Shown here piece after piece: positions 1 to 13,350 of a stretch of DNA of 64,000 bases; the first letter of the stretch is position 1; each line of letters starts with the position of its first letter. The position numbers and the translations under genes are program-made. Source of the stretch: Ostrea edulis. Taxonomy: Eukaryota. Where the stretch lies: positions 102,486,001 to 102,550,000 of the forward strand of contig NC_079165.1 of the NCBI RefSeq assembly GCF_947568905.1. Reading direction: 5' to 3'. The notes beneath the pieces were generated by a model. That model searched no databases. It was given only the letters and a program-made list of their open reading frames with translations, and was not told where the DNA came from.

Positions 1-295
1 TTGAAGTTTCTCTCTGACTTTGCCTAATTTCTATAATTTCTAAAAAAAGATCTATTTCTATCCCGACCGGATGGCGGTACAAACTCTCTACACCATCGTC
101 TGTAGACACGCTTACAACAAAACCATTTTTCTCAATGCACTACATGTACATTATTGTAACATTCTTGTTAACGTAGATTATTAATATTTGTCGTATTGTC
201 ATGGTCATTTTCATTTGTCTTGAGGAAGGGTCAGGTCATCCCAAAAATGTCAATATATTTGTGTTGATTATTGTAATGCTTTATCAATCGATCGA

Positions 296-299
<4 letters not shown>

Positions 300-346
<47 letters not shown>
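300..346. repeat. (CT)n microsatellite
   Basis: Pure CT dinucleotide run; it explains the SLSLSL stretch of ORF 201..440. Confidence 0.95.
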
Positions 347-348
<2 letters not shown>

Positions 349-540
349 TTACCTATCTATCTGTCTGTCTGTATTACTACGTATCTACTATCAATCTATA
401 TATCCTGATATGCTACACTTCAATGAAAATATTTCCTTGAAGGATCACCATACATCGCATTTCCACTGGGTCAAACTCCTTCCTTGTTAGTATGGTAAAC
501 AGTCAAAACTGTACATTTTATATTTCAATAAGCTGTCATA

Positions 541-3500
541 ATGGGAGATAAAGCCTGCAACAGGTAAGCCCGTCTTATTCATAGTATATCACAGATTTTT
601 TAATGAATAGATACTTGTGGTAGCTTAAAGGTAACCAAGTAACTAGAACGTTGGGAAGTTGTGTGGTTTTTAATTCAGAAGCATCTAGTATTCAGATAGT
701 AAATACATTGTACAGGATACATATCTAAAGCTCTGTCTCTGATTCGTATTTCGATAGTTAAATGACCAGCAGATATACGGAACCGGGACATTTTCAAAAC
801 TTGATTTCTTCACAAAGGTCAAATTAGAGTACATCCTACACATTAATTCAAACATGTCAAATCAATTTGTTTCTTCTTCAAAATTATGCAAGTCTTCATC
901 TGTATCCTAACAAGCTTTAACTCATCTTTTACTCATTTTTTTTATCAATGTATGAACTATTGTCTATATCGCCGCGGTGGCTGAGAGGTTAGAGCGTTCG
1001 CCCCGCATGCGGAAGGCTAGGATTCGAATTCCGGTCGCGACAAACCTAAGTTGTTAAAACAGACAGTGACAGTTCCATCGCCAAACGCTCGGCATCAGGT
1101 GTGAATGTGACGGGTCCTCGGAGATGACCTTAAAAACGGATGACCCGTGTCACAGTAGGTGTAGCACGCTAAAGAACCCTCATTGCTCAATGGGCGTAAG
1201 TGCAGAGCATAGGCCTAAATTTGAAGCCATATATCTCCATACATCTCCATATGAGTGAAAAAATCTCGAGCGAGAAACATTAAGCAAGATACAATCAATC
1301 AAATGATCTTCTGTGTACTGAACTGGGTTTCCAAATGGAGACAATTCCGCTTCATGATTGTGTTTCTAATTACAAATAATTGAACGGATAATGCTTGTTT
1401 TCTTGTCTAGCAGGACATATACTGAAGGACTCGACTGTTGTGTAAATTATCTGTTTTCTTGTCTAACAGGACATATACTGAAGGACTCGACTGTTGTGTA
1501 AATTATATGTTTTCTTGTCTAACAGGACATATACTGAAGGACTCGACTGTTGTGTAAATTATTTATGTCTGTTTTCTTGTCTAGCAGGACATATACTGAA
1601 GGACTCGACTGTTGTGTAAATTATCTGTTTTCTTGTCTAACAGGACATATACTGAAGGACTCGACTGTTGTGTAAATTATTTATGTCTGTTTTCTTGTTT
1701 AACAGGACATATACTGAAGGACTCGACTGTTGTGTAAATTATTTATGTCTGTTTTCTTGTCTAACAGGACATATACTGAAGGACTCGACTGCTGTGTAAA
1801 TTATCTGTTTTGTTGTCTAGCAGGACATATACTGAAGGACTCGACTGTTGTGTAAATTATCTGTTTTCTTGTCTAGCAGGACATATACTGAAGGACTCGA
1901 CTGCTGTGTAAATTATCTGTTTTCTTGTCTAGCAGGACATATACTGAAGGACTCGACTGTTGTGTAAATTATCTGTTTTCTTGTCTAGCAGGACATATAC
2001 TGAAGGACTCGACTGTTGTGTAAATTATTTATGTCTGTTTTCTTGTCTAGCAGGACATATACTGAAGGACTCGACTGTTGTGTAAATTATTTATGTCTGA
2101 TTTCTTGTACAGCAGGACATATACTGAAGGACTCGACTGTTGTGTAAATTATTTATGTCTGTTTTCTTGTACAGCAGGACATATACTGAAGGACTCGACT
2201 GTTGTATAAATTATTTCCTACGAAACAAGAGTTGCCACCGTAAGTAATACACACACAATAACAATAATAATAGCAACAATAGTAATCACAACAACAACAA
2301 CAACAGCAATAGGTGTGTAACTATATAGTTATAGATACAACTGCTAGATTTTATAGAGATCCCAGTGAAGAAAAGCAATAACAGCAATAACAATAATAGT
2401 AATAACAACATCCATAAAAGAACAGCAATAACAAAAAACATAATAACAACATCAATAACAAAAACAATAATAATAACGACATCATCAACAACAACAATGA
2501 TAATAACAACATAAATAAAACAACAACAATAACAACAACATCATCAACAACAACAATAACAATAACATCAAGAAAAGAACAGTAACAACAATAGCAAGAA
2601 CAACAACATTAATAAAACAACAGTAATAATGACACGTATTTTAATCTACAGCAAATATTGCCACAAGAAAATGATGACAGGATTTGACTGTTTTTTTCTG
2701 CTGACACTAACTTCAACAAATATTATAATAGAAATACAGCCCCTTTTTTGACTAACACTGTAATGAATATTTACATTTAATAGCCTGTCAGCCGGGAACC
2801 TTTGGATTTAACTGCACTGACCACTGTTCACCTGGATCTTATGGGGATTTTTGCGGGCAAAACTGCACGGACTGTCTAAAGGAGGATTGTCACTACACTT
2901 ACGGATGTCCAAAAATGGGTGATTAAAAGTGCATGTTTTGAGACAACAGTTTTGATTATCAAGTCCGAATCTTCAAGAATGCATAAACTTGACTCGTCAA
3001 AATTGTAAAATGTTTTTATTTAGTTAGTTCTAATAACATTATAACAAGCTGCTTCGGGAAAAATTAAGCACTTTATTTTTTTCAAGGTACTGTAGTTAAA
3101 ACCAGCACAAAGTACTTCTGTTTGTTTTATTCTCTACAGTTTTTCAGTGTTTCCATTTTGAATGTTGAGATATTCATTGTCTTTGGAAGAGGTATTTCGA
3201 AAAGCAATATGAAATTACGATCTATTTTAAATGCATCACTTTAACACTCCCATTGTCTGTGTGTAAACAAGTTTCACACCTCTTGTTTACCAAAGCAGAA
3301 TAACTAAATGTATTGTACTTTGGATTGGAACCTTTGGATTCTAACCTCAGTAAGAAAACAATAATAAAGCCCGTTGTTCTGACAATGTTTGACTTTTGAA
3401 AACACAGAATTAGATGTAGAATCCGCCTCTTTCATATTTGTATCGTCCAATGTAAGATACAGAACCATAACTGATGGATGTTCGTAATCATTTATATTTC

Positions 3501-6500
3501 TAACATTTTAAAGGATAAGTGTGTATCCAAACCCACAGTTATTGCCTGAACCAAACTAACGCGGACCAGAACCTAAATTATAATTTGAAACCAAAATCAT
3601 AGGAATTTAGCGATCCAGCCAGAACGTTAAACTACCCGGAACCAAATTTATGCGATATTGATGTCCAGCATTCCACAAATCAAAAATGAGATGTCATGTT
3701 TGAAAATAGAAAATGAAAATATTCAATCGTTTGCGAACGATGAACACTGGTTGATGGTGGATAGGAAAGGTTATAACCTTGCTTTACATAACGACAAGAC
3801 ACACATTGGAACTGACTTTGTGACTCAAAATTGAACAATAGACATAAAGAACTATAGACACGTGAAAGCAATGCCCAACTCGTCGTCCTCTTCATGCACG
3901 CTCTACTACCCGGGAATGATAATGGCGATGCATACTATACCAAATATACCTCTAATTTCAAAGTTCTGTTTTGTGTAGCGTCTAAATACTATAGATAGGC
4001 TTGATATATCATATTTCTGTGTCACACATCGAGTTTACCTGAACTTCAACTTAAACAGTAAGAGATATATAAATGTAATTATGTATACTACATATACATG
4101 CAATAGCTGGTGAATGTGTTATTAGCAAAAATACCATGATAAACTATAATCTAGTGCATTGAGGAATTTACTTCTTGAGTTTTGAAAATAATGAAAAACG
4201 TTTGCTGCAAAAATTTTACAATCAAAAAAGCTTTGCTACTTTGATTTAACATACTAAACAGTCCGATAGGTTACAAATATGAAAAAACCTTTGACATTTT
4301 GACTTTTTTAAAAGAAAAAAAGTCAACCAAAACAACAGCAACAAAAACATAGGTCTATAGAAATGTTTGATTACTTATTTTTCTATCAGTGTATATAAGA
4401 TCTTGAAGAAAAATAAAAATGTTAATTTTAGAGTTATCTACCATGTCAATACCGGTAAACGTCAATTATTGATTTACAACAGAAAACTATCATTCAGTTT
4501 TGTTTCTGGTAGAGGAGTATTATTGTATTTAGAAAGACGTATGTTGTCAGAAAGGTTCTCAAATGTAAGCAAATATCATTTTGGTTTTTTTAAAATAAAA
4601 TGTACAAAGTAATAAAAAAAAACAATAAAAAAAAAAAAAAAAAAAAGAAAACGTGGCGATAACGAACGGTGATCAATCTGATTAATTCTATAAAATACGA
4701 AATTTAGAGCAGAGTGAACACGGACCAGTTGGGATTAGGTGTCTAGGATGAGTAAGCGTTCTTCTGTTGACGGGTCATATCCCCCGTGAGCTCTATATCT
4801 TGATCAGGTAAACGGAGTCATTCGTAGTTAAAATCAGTATGCAAAAAAAAAAAAAAAAAAAAAAAAAAACCCCAAAAAAAAAAACAACAACAAAAAACAA
4901 ACCGACACAATAGTTGGAATGAAACGCATTATATAGCATTTGAGCTATTAATAGGTTAAATAATTATAACGATCATGAAATTTGCCATTAACATTAATTT
5001 AGATATGAAACATACTCTGAGTAACATGACAGTGTTTGTCAGAAACACTAGCATCTGTATGAAACTGTTCACGACAATGTGTGGGTGAATTACGCTAATA
5101 AGATTAGAACTGCAGTGATAGGTCTTACTCACTTAAAGTGATCTACTGCTACCTATTGCACATACAATTCATAGCTAAAGATGGATTCTTGCCAAAATTC
5201 AGAAACACGAAAAGGTGGATTCTTGCCAAAATTCAGAAACACGAAAAGATGGATTCTTGCTAAAATTCAGAAACACGAAAAGGTGGATTCTTGCTAAAAT
5301 TTAGAAACATGAAAAGATGGATTCTTGCCAAAAATTCAGAAACACGAAAAGATAGATTCTTGCCAAAATTCAGAAGCATGAAAAGATGGATTTTGTTTTT
5401 GGATCCGTTTTCTTCAGTTAAGAAATATATATATATATAACATGATTCCAGTAGAAAAAATCGTTTTGACAAGAGATATTCAGTTCCATTTCCTATTGGA
5501 ATACATGTATATTGGGAAAAGCAGAAGAATATAGAAATTTGTTTATAATATTTTGAAGTTGCAATTCATCATGGAACAATTTCTCATTAGATCCGATACT
5601 CCTACTAAATTCCAAGGCATAATGTATATTATTGAATCAATGTTATCATATGAGAAAAGTCTAACCTCTATCAGTTTTGCAGAGATAAAAGTCAATGTGC
5701 AAATTTAAGTTCAAAGATTTTCTGAGGAAATTCGGTTAGTAGTTCTGCTTTGTAGAAAGACAAGAATATTCCTAAACATGCTGTGTATGATGGAAATGAG
5801 GAACATTTGAAATTAACCTTTGGGAGACACAACAGTGCACTGTAATGGAATATAAAGGTCATCGGGTATCATTAGATTGTGACCTTGAACTATCCACGAA
5901 GCAAAAGCAAGAACCTAGACATTCATTTTTATTGTGTCTAAACCATGCATGTATTCTATATCTTTTGCATGAAAAATGTCACGTTTCAACGTGTTTTATA
6001 CATATAAGAAGAATCCATCCTTAACGTTATATTTATGATTCAATACACCTGATTCATAATTGATACAAAAAGCTTCATAAATAGACTTATATTTTCAGTA
6101 ACAACAACTGAAATAGAAACAACTAATATTCCCTCAACTGTGTCATCGTCATTATCGAAATCGGTTGAAACTTTAGTGTCTACAACTGTAAAGGTTTTGC
6201 CAACAGTATTCACAAGAGAATTCACACAGCCACCGAATGTAGTATTAAAGGAACAGACTAATAACCTGTATATAGTACTGATAGGGGCAGGGGTCATCAT
6301 ATTTCTCCTACTTCTAATACTTCTTGCAGTATTGAGGAGATTGTGCGTTATACACACGCATAAAAACAATCCGAAAAATGAAATTGAATCGATTTTTGTA
6401 AAGAACGAAAACGAAGAGGACGAATACCAGGAAATTAACTTTGATGGCACTATGGTTAATCATGGCGATGTGTCGGGCAACCGTTACAATATCATAATGG

Positions 6501-6889
6501 AGGAGTTAACACGATCAAGAAGTACCAAGTATCAAGAAATCGGACCTAAAATAGATAAGGAAGGAAAGTCAGCCTATTCCCATTATCACGAAGTTGACAA
6601 TGAAAATAGTTCCTCAAATGAAAATAATGGAGGATATATAGAACCAGAATCACGAAGACCGACTCACTCCTATATAGAGGTGATAGAGCCTATGATACAT
6701 GCATCCGATCCTGCAAATAGTGACCAGGACGGGGGTAGCTCAGATAAATCTGACCACTTAGAGGAGTATCAAGATACTATGAATATAGAAACCAGTGATA
6801 AATCATGTTCAGATGATGTAAATGAGTCAAAACCTCACGATTCTAGCATGAGTGATACGTATCTCGACGTTGTGCACGGTTTGTCGTAA
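541..6889 (+). CDS. G1: mini Draper/MEGF10/SCARF-like EGF-TM-Tyr-motif receptor, spliced model 336 aa
   Basis: Exons 541-563 (MGDKACN|R, GTAAG donor), 2178-2239 (TYTEGLDCCINYFLRNKSCH, CAG/GTAAGT), 2784-2918 (CQPGTFGFNC...CHYTYGCPKM, TAG/GT) and 6099-6889 (Thr/Ser stalk, TM IVLIGAGVIIFLLLLILLAVL, Tyr-rich tail). They total 1011 nt, in frame with no stops. An upstream leader exon spliced to AG at 531-532 cannot be excluded. Confidence 0.8.
971..1302 (+). mobile_element. tRNA-derived SINE (family A, Meta/Mesc-like core)
   Basis: A box TGGCTGAGAGG, B box GGATTCGAATTCC, core CCCGTGTCACAGTAGGTGTAGCACGCTAAAGAACCCTC and (AATC)n tail; homologous copies at 47953 and 52444. Confidence 0.85.
1395..2215 (+). 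repeat. 56/62-bp minisatellite, 14 units, each a 3' splice site plus the 5' half of the G1 CC exon
   Basis: CAGGAC anchors at 1411, 1467, 1523, 1585, 1641, 1703, 1765, 1821, 1877, 1933, 1989, 2051, 2113 and 2175; unit TGTTTTCTTGTCTAGCAG|GACATATACTGAAGGACTCGACTGTTGTGTAAATTAT. Confidence 0.92.
2250..2630. repeat. Degenerate (ACA)n/(ATA)n low-complexity tract
   Basis: Imperfect AAC/AAT trinucleotide runs in G1 intron 2. Confidence 0.85.
4652..4842 (-). mobile_element. Naiad-type Penelope-like element, 3' end fragment
   Basis: Matches the recurring 3' terminus GGTGAAGATAACGAACAGTGATCAATC...ATCAGGTAAACGGAG seen throughout the window. Confidence 0.75.
5178..5395. repeat. 34-bp minisatellite, about 6.5 units
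   Basis: Unit AAAAGATGGATTCTTGCCAAAATTCAGAAACACG with a 34-nt period. Confidence 0.9.
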
Positions 6890-7619
6890 TTTATATCTAT
6901 TTCTTTTTAAAATAAAATCCTGTAGAACTTCCCTGTGAAGTCCCTGTGCATTCTATATAATATCGTTTCAGTTTAAGACAGTACAATTTACCCAATGGTT
7001 ACAATCTATGAACAAAATATCACCCATTACACGAATCCTGTTCTTCTTTTTTGGCAAAGTTCATCTTAAGGAGGAATATTACACGAGAGAAATTTGGTAT
7101 GGATGAAAAGTGAAACATATGTACAACAATATTTTGAAAATTTTCAAATGTAGTTGATTTAGTCAAAAAATGCAGTTTATGTAGAAAGTAATTTGGAAAA
7201 ACAAACTTTGTTGAATTCGAACCCACAATCTACAGTTCAGCTGCTATATGAAATCCTACTGAGCTACTCAGCTAGGCAATTGAATGTAAAAGAAATATAT
7301 AAAAATTGATGTTATCGATATTTTCATTCATTTTTCAAAAGGAAGTCCTTCATTATGACGATGTATTACATCTCCTTAATTAATATGATCTTACTTCTGA
7401 ACTGTATAAACGTAAATAATGGACAAGTATTTATGTACTTGAAAACCAGAGAAATAAATATCTCAGATTAAATATCAAAATCACACACAGACAGGTTAAT
7501 TTATTGAGAAAATTGTTTTCGCGGATATGAAATATTTTTGTGCAAAGTGGCGTTGCGATTAGCAATTGTGAATAAGAGTAGGAGCTGTGAGAAAGCTGGT
7601 ACGAATCCATCTAAAGGAA

Positions 7620-8358
7620 GCCGTGATCTTCATCTCATTGTATTCAATAAGAATTTTTGTTAGAGATGACTAATGTTGAAATTCCCATGGGCACAAATTC
7701 TGCTTCTTTATCAGATGATATGTTTTTGTATTCCTACGAGGCAGAATTTATTCAAAAGCTCTTACATAAGACAGAAAATATTTTGCTGTGTCCTTTAAGC
7801 CGACATTTATGTATATTAACGACATTCTATCATTTAACAATACTAATTTTCATACATATGTCTATTCGATTAAACTCGAAATAAAAGACACCATACAGTC
7901 TTGCAAATCTGCTCCATATTTGGATATTGTATCAATATAAATGTTAACGGTAAACTAACAACTCAACTTATGACAAACGAAATGACTTCATCGTCAACTT
8001 CCCATATTTATGTAACAATATTCCATTATTACCTACAGATGGTATTACTTGATCTCGTTTCAGCATTTTGCAAATTCTATGGTCATTATCATGATCTAAT
8101 TTCCACATACAACCTGTGATTAGGTTAAATGCTGTATGGCGTGTTAGGCCGTTCTTTCATACTGATTTTGGCTACGGATCACTCCGTTTACCTGATCAAG
8201 ATATAAGGGTCACGGTGAGTAATACCGGTCAACAGGGGATACGTAATTCTCCTAGGCATCTGATCCCACTTCTGGTTCACATGGATCCGTGCTTTCTCTA
8301 CCCTTAATTCTGCATTTCTATTGGATTTATGAAATTCATCATTGTTATCTTCACCTTA
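7620..8358 (+). mobile_element. Naiad-type Penelope-like retroelement, degenerate RT C-terminal half plus 3' UTR
   Basis: IPMGTN...FLYSYEAEFIQKLL motif followed by frameshifted RT/thumb sequence and the shared 3' terminus. Confidence 0.8.
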
Positions 8359-8711
8359 ACTGAGTACATCTGAAATATGAATGCGGAATTCCTACACTAA
8401 ATGGGTGCAATTTTATTTGACTATACCAAATTCACTAGGTTGTTTTTACGCTAAATCATCAAATATTTATTAAAACTTCTTGCTTTTGAAAAGCATGAGT
8501 AATTTTTTAACCTTTTATATTCCTTTAGATAACGTAAAGAATGTCTCAACTGTGACCCAAAAGAGGATTTTATGAAATTATGGAAGGGTGTCAACAGTTT
8601 AAATAAAGCATTTTGCAAATTCTACGGTCGTTTTAATTATCGTCTTTGCATTTTCAACCTAAACTAGAGGGAATGTTGCCTAATGTATGTAAAACGTATA
8701 CGATACCAATT

Positions 8712-8764
8712 TTGATGCACCAGATGCGCATTTTGACAAATAATGTCTCTTCAGTGATGCTCAA
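8712..8764 (-). ncRNA. Minimal type I hammerhead ribozyme, degenerate copy (GAAA to AAAA)
   Basis: Minus strand reads TTGAGCATCA-CTGAAGA-GACA TTATT TGTC-AAAA-TGCGCATC-TGGTGCATCAA. Stems I and II and the palindromic stem III (ATGCGCAT) are intact; catalytic G12 is mutated. It lies in a partial retrozyme copy at about 8690-8875. Confidence 0.7.
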
Positions 8765-9976
8765 CCGAAATGTTTGAAATCCAAAATAACTATGAAGTTT
8801 TGGAGCTAAATATAGCCAAAAACAGCGTGCCAAAAAAGTGGAGCCAAATTCGTCCAAGGATAAGAGCTATGCATATTTCATACCATTTGTTGGGCCGTTC
8901 TTTACAACTGATTTACATACTACAGACTACGTATTATTGTTTTAAGGGGTCCGTGTTTGCCTTGTTCTCCATTTTGTATTCTTTATTAGATCTATAACAT
9001 TGATCATTGTTCGTTATCTTCAACTTCTTTATTCCAGCATACATGGCTCCTATTTCTGAACATTTAATGGCAAGCAAAGACAAATCAAACGATTTTTTTC
9101 GCATTTCAAAGCTATAAAAACAAACAATATAAAATAAGGGAATAACTAAATGCTTCAGTTTTTGATGTTGTTTACTTTTAGATATTAGATATGTATAACT
9201 AAAATAATTCTACCACACGCAGAACTATTTTTTGTTTAAGTGAAAACAACCCATTCCTTCCTCAGGAGATGTTATTTAGATTTGGAAAACCCATGACAAA
9301 TTTATAAAACAGCCATATTTTACATTGAAGTAGCATAAGGTATTCTCTACGATAAACAACATGATTGATTTTAGCATTGGATACTTAACTTAACAAAACA
9401 TGTTCGATCAATTGGACATACTATTTTGGAACTCCAATTACTCCAGCGTAATTGTGGAAATGATGAACGAAAGTATGTGTGTAGATGGGTGGGTAGGTGG
9501 GAGAGAGAAAGAAAGAGGAGCAATTAAAAACATTCATCTAATGGACTATCAAATACAATAAGTCAATTACAATAAGTGGTTTTCAAAGAACACAATTGCC
9601 AAATTTATAACGATCTAGCTTGCTAATACAACCTATCATTGGGTCACATGCGGTATAACGTGTTTTGTATGTAGTGTTCCTCATATGTACACTCAGTTAT
9701 ATAATGATTCCAGAATGACTTTGAATGACGTACTGAATTCCAAAACTTTGCCTGTGGGTTTGACCGCATTAATGACTTACTGGGTTTTAGGATGTTTTGA
9801 CGGTCGTTGAATTCCGTGAGTCAGTAGTTAGAGTGATCACATACGGTGACCCTGAAATCATTCTAATGGTCTTTGTAGTGAGACGTTCATGTCTACAAGG
9901 ATAAAACAGAAATACTATCCTAATTTACAGAGGAAGAGTTCAAGACTTACTGTTTGTATTTCTTTTAACATTTTAG

Positions 9977-10377
9977 CCACCACGACAATATTTGAAGGAG
10001 ACAATGATTCTACTATGTTCACACATCCTGGATTTACTCATTCCATTGAACCAGTTACCTGTATGGATCGCCCGATACCCAATAAAGGAATGATTTCAAA
10101 AATGATCATAATTAACGGAAGCGTCATCATTGCTTTGCTTTTGGTGCTCATTATCACTATATCTATCAGAAAGTATTTGATGTTCCTGTACTGGAAAAGA
10201 AACGTGAAGTTAGATCATGCTCCACTAACCATGATTAATCCAGTTTATTCGGAAGCTGAAGGGGTGTCTGGAGATTATATCTATATAAAGCAAAACAAGC
10301 GAAATAACGAAGGTGATTCTAGAGGAAAACATCCGAGTTGTAGAGAGGAATTGGGGTTAATGTGTTTCAAAGTATGA
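9977..10377 (+). pseudogene. G2: receptor paralog terminal exon (stalk, TM, short tail with NPVY); upstream exons apparently decayed
   Basis: TTTTAG acceptor in phase 1, TM MIIINGSVIIALLLVLIITISI and tail INPVYSE. A possible frameshifted CC-exon relic (GFYEIMEGCQ) lies at about 8529-8595; no intact EGF exon was found. Confidence 0.55.
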
Positions 10378-10640
10378 ACCTTTGAAGAATAAATCACTAC
10401 TGCTCATCGAGATAATGTTTTAAAAGAAAACAAAGCAGACTCTAAGAAAAATACCCTAGAGGTAATGAAATAATTGACGATGATGTTATTTCAAACATTG
10501 TGTAAATCTATTTGTATCAGTCAGAGCATACTTACTAACGATGCAGCTGTATGATAATATAAACCATAGTTGTTATCTAGTAATATGGTACTTTTAACAG
10601 CATGGTTGGGGAAGTATTTCCTTAAACAAAATTTCGTACA

Positions 10641-10855
10641 AAATCTGTATATCTGTATGTATAGTGTTACCACTTCATTGACAACATTAAATATGTACAT
10701 CTGTATGTATAGCGTCACCACTTCATTGACAACATTAAATATATACATCTGTATGTATAGCGTCACCACGTCATTGACAACATTAAATCTGTATATCTGG
10801 ATATATAGTGTTATCACTTCATTGACAACATCAAATTTGTATATTTGTATGATAG
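10641..10855. repeat. 48-bp minisatellite, about 4.5 units
   Basis: Unit (C/A)TGTATATCTGTATGTATAGTGTTACCACTTCATTGACAACATTAAAT; accounts for ORFs 10521..10817 and 10570..10875. Confidence 0.9.
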
Positions 10856-11972
10856 ATGAGGATAACGAACAGTGATCAATATCATTATTCCTATAAGCAA
10901 TAATAAATAAAGAGTTGGAGAAAGATAGACCCCTGGACCCTTATTCACAAAACATCTTACGACTACACCGGAAAAAAAATTCTGTCTGATAATCAAATAC
11001 CGATCACAGGGTCAAAAGTATGTATTCAAGTTTTATAAACCATGGATGTACTTTACATATTGATTAAGAAATCTACAAGAAATGAAATATAAGATATTTA
11101 CAATGTTCATTAATTTTGATCTTAGTCGTACATGTAAGATATTTTGTGAATAAGGGCCCTGGACATACCAAAGGTGGGATCAGGTGCCTTAGAGAAATGA
11201 GATTCTCCTGTCGACCGGTCACATCCGCCGTGATTCTTATATCTTGGCCAAGTAAACGAAGGCATCCGTAGTCAAAATCTGTGTGCCAAGAATGGCTTGA
11301 CAATCGGCAATGAAACACGTCAGACAGCATTTGACCCAATGATAGGTTGTTTTGACGAACTAGATCGTTATAACGACCATAGAATTTGCAAAATGCTGAC
11401 TTTATTACAAAATGTTGAAGTTTTAACATCATCAACTTGTTTGTCAGTAACCTACTTCAATTTCAAAATTGATTATATGCAGAACAAGCTCTAGCGTATC
11501 GAATCAGTTGAGAGATATGAACACCATATGCACTGACAAACAAGTTGATGGTACAGGGATTTCAACAGTATCGATTGAAGTCAGCATTTCGCAAATTCTA
11601 TGGTCGTTATAACGATCTACTTCGTCAGTACAACCTCGAATTGGGTCAAATGCTGTTTGGCGTGTTTCATACCGATTGTTAAGCCGTTCTTGGCACACTG
11701 ATTTTGACTGCGGATAACTCCGTTTACCTGATCAGGATATATGGCTCACGGCGGGTGTGACCGGTCAACAGCGGATGTTTACTCCTCCTAGGCACCTGAT
11801 CCCACCTCTGGTGTGTCCAGGGGTCCGTGTTTACCCAACTATATATTTTGTATTGCTTATAGGAGTTATGAGATTGATCACTGTTCGTTATCTTCACCTT
11901 GCATATGCAGGTGATATATTGCTACATAAATATGGGAAGTTGACGATGGAGAAGCTGAAATCATCCCGTTGA
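10850..11972. mobile_element. Composite of Naiad-type PLE 3' fragments in inverted and tandem arrangement
   Basis: Minus copies at about 10850-10990 and 11157-11500, a plus copy at about 11560-11905 and short inverted pieces; all share the KFYGRYNDLVRQYNLSLGQMLSDVFH-coding segment or the 3' UTR. Confidence 0.8.
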
Positions 11973-13350
11973 CTTGCTAGTTTGCCGATAATATGTATGT
12001 TCAATAATGCAAATGTATTAACATGAATAATCAGTTGTTAATTTTCATTCATGTTAATCATTTGTTGTCTTCTTATATAGAAATATTGCATTGCACTTAT
12101 TTTAATACACAACTCTAATTCCTTATATTTTCGTTCCTGCAGCAATAGTTGAATTGTTCATAGGACATGGTAGGATTACTACTTGTAGAAATTGTAACTC
12201 ACTCCGTCTATTATAATAAAGATTTCTGGCCATGAGTACTGAAACTTAACTATTCAGTTACAGCATGAAAATATCATTGCATCAAAAAATTCGTATAACC
12301 CTAAAGAATTAAAGTAATTATGAAAGTTCCACATTCCCTGTATTGATCAAGGTTTCCAGAGCAAGCAGCAACCTATCATACTGTAGGTACAGTTATGATA
12401 ATGATCATAAAATTTATATAGCGCCTGATATAAAACAAATTACTCCAAGGCGCTTCATAAGGGTAAGAAGAGGAATGCAATAATAAAACACAATTAAATA
12501 AAATTCAATGACAATATGACATAAGATCTTATATTTGTAAAATTATCAAAATAAAACATTATAATTGAGATCAATAACTAAACCTTTCATTGTTTTGTTT
12601 GATTTAGAGCACTATGCAAAGTACTACAAATCAACGAAAAGATTAATTGAAAGTCAGGGAAGGCAATTCTTTTTAAAAAGTTGGTTTTGGTAGCTTTAAC
12701 ATGCTTTAGAAGGTCATACTACAAACTGGCTGCAACCCAGTTAAACGTGCGTACTCCAAAAGACTGTGTACGAATGTTTGACACAGTGATCGAGTCTCAG
12801 TGATGTTACACATCTTAGTGGTCATGATGGGAAATAAACGTTAATGAGTTCTTCTAAATATTCGGGAACACATCCCGCCAACGCGGAGAGGTTTTGCATT
12901 GTGGACGATACTGCACGAAAGCCAACGCAGCTGTACTAAGACTGAGGAAATATGATCCCGCGTCGTTGTCCTCGACACAAGCCTGGCTGTGGTGTTCTGT
13001 ACCTTCTGCAAGCGATCCAAAGTAGTCTTGCTGATTCCTAACAGAAGTTTTGATGGAACAAATGCATTGACAAGAGTTTTACATGCGTCTGATATTGCGA
13101 ATTCGACCAATATTACTAATATGAAAGTGGCAAGCCTTCAAAATAAAATGACACATGGTACTCAAAAGCGAGACAAGGATCGAAGTACACACCATGGAAC
13201 AGATATGTTGTTTTCTCCACCTTTAAGGTGGTGTAATGGAGTTTTTGCACATTATGTTTTGAAAAAAACAATGATCAACTCCGTTTTGTCCTGGCTTAGC
13301 TTCAACAGGTTTGTAGTCATCGATGTGCTAATTTCTACTATACAATCTTG

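Noticed and set aside
175-229. Signal-peptide exon for G1 (LIFVVLSWSFSFVLRK; also 3148-3191 as an extra exon)
   Set aside because: No in-frame ATG and weak splice signals; hydrophobic translation is expected from T-rich DNA.
971-1045. tRNA gene (also 15795-15869, 46260-46345, 52444-52515)
   Set aside because: A and B boxes are present but there is no complete cloverleaf, and each continues into a shared SINE body and tail.
1395-2215. CRISPR-like regularly spaced repeats (also 16632-17710, 43185-43450, 63001-63432)
   Set aside because: Units are contiguous with no unique spacers, there are no cas genes, and the context is eukaryotic.
6040-6450. Minus-strand ORFs opposite terminal exons (also 21099..21506, 39859..40092, 34373..34564)
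   Set aside because: Antisense shadows of the real + strand coding exons.
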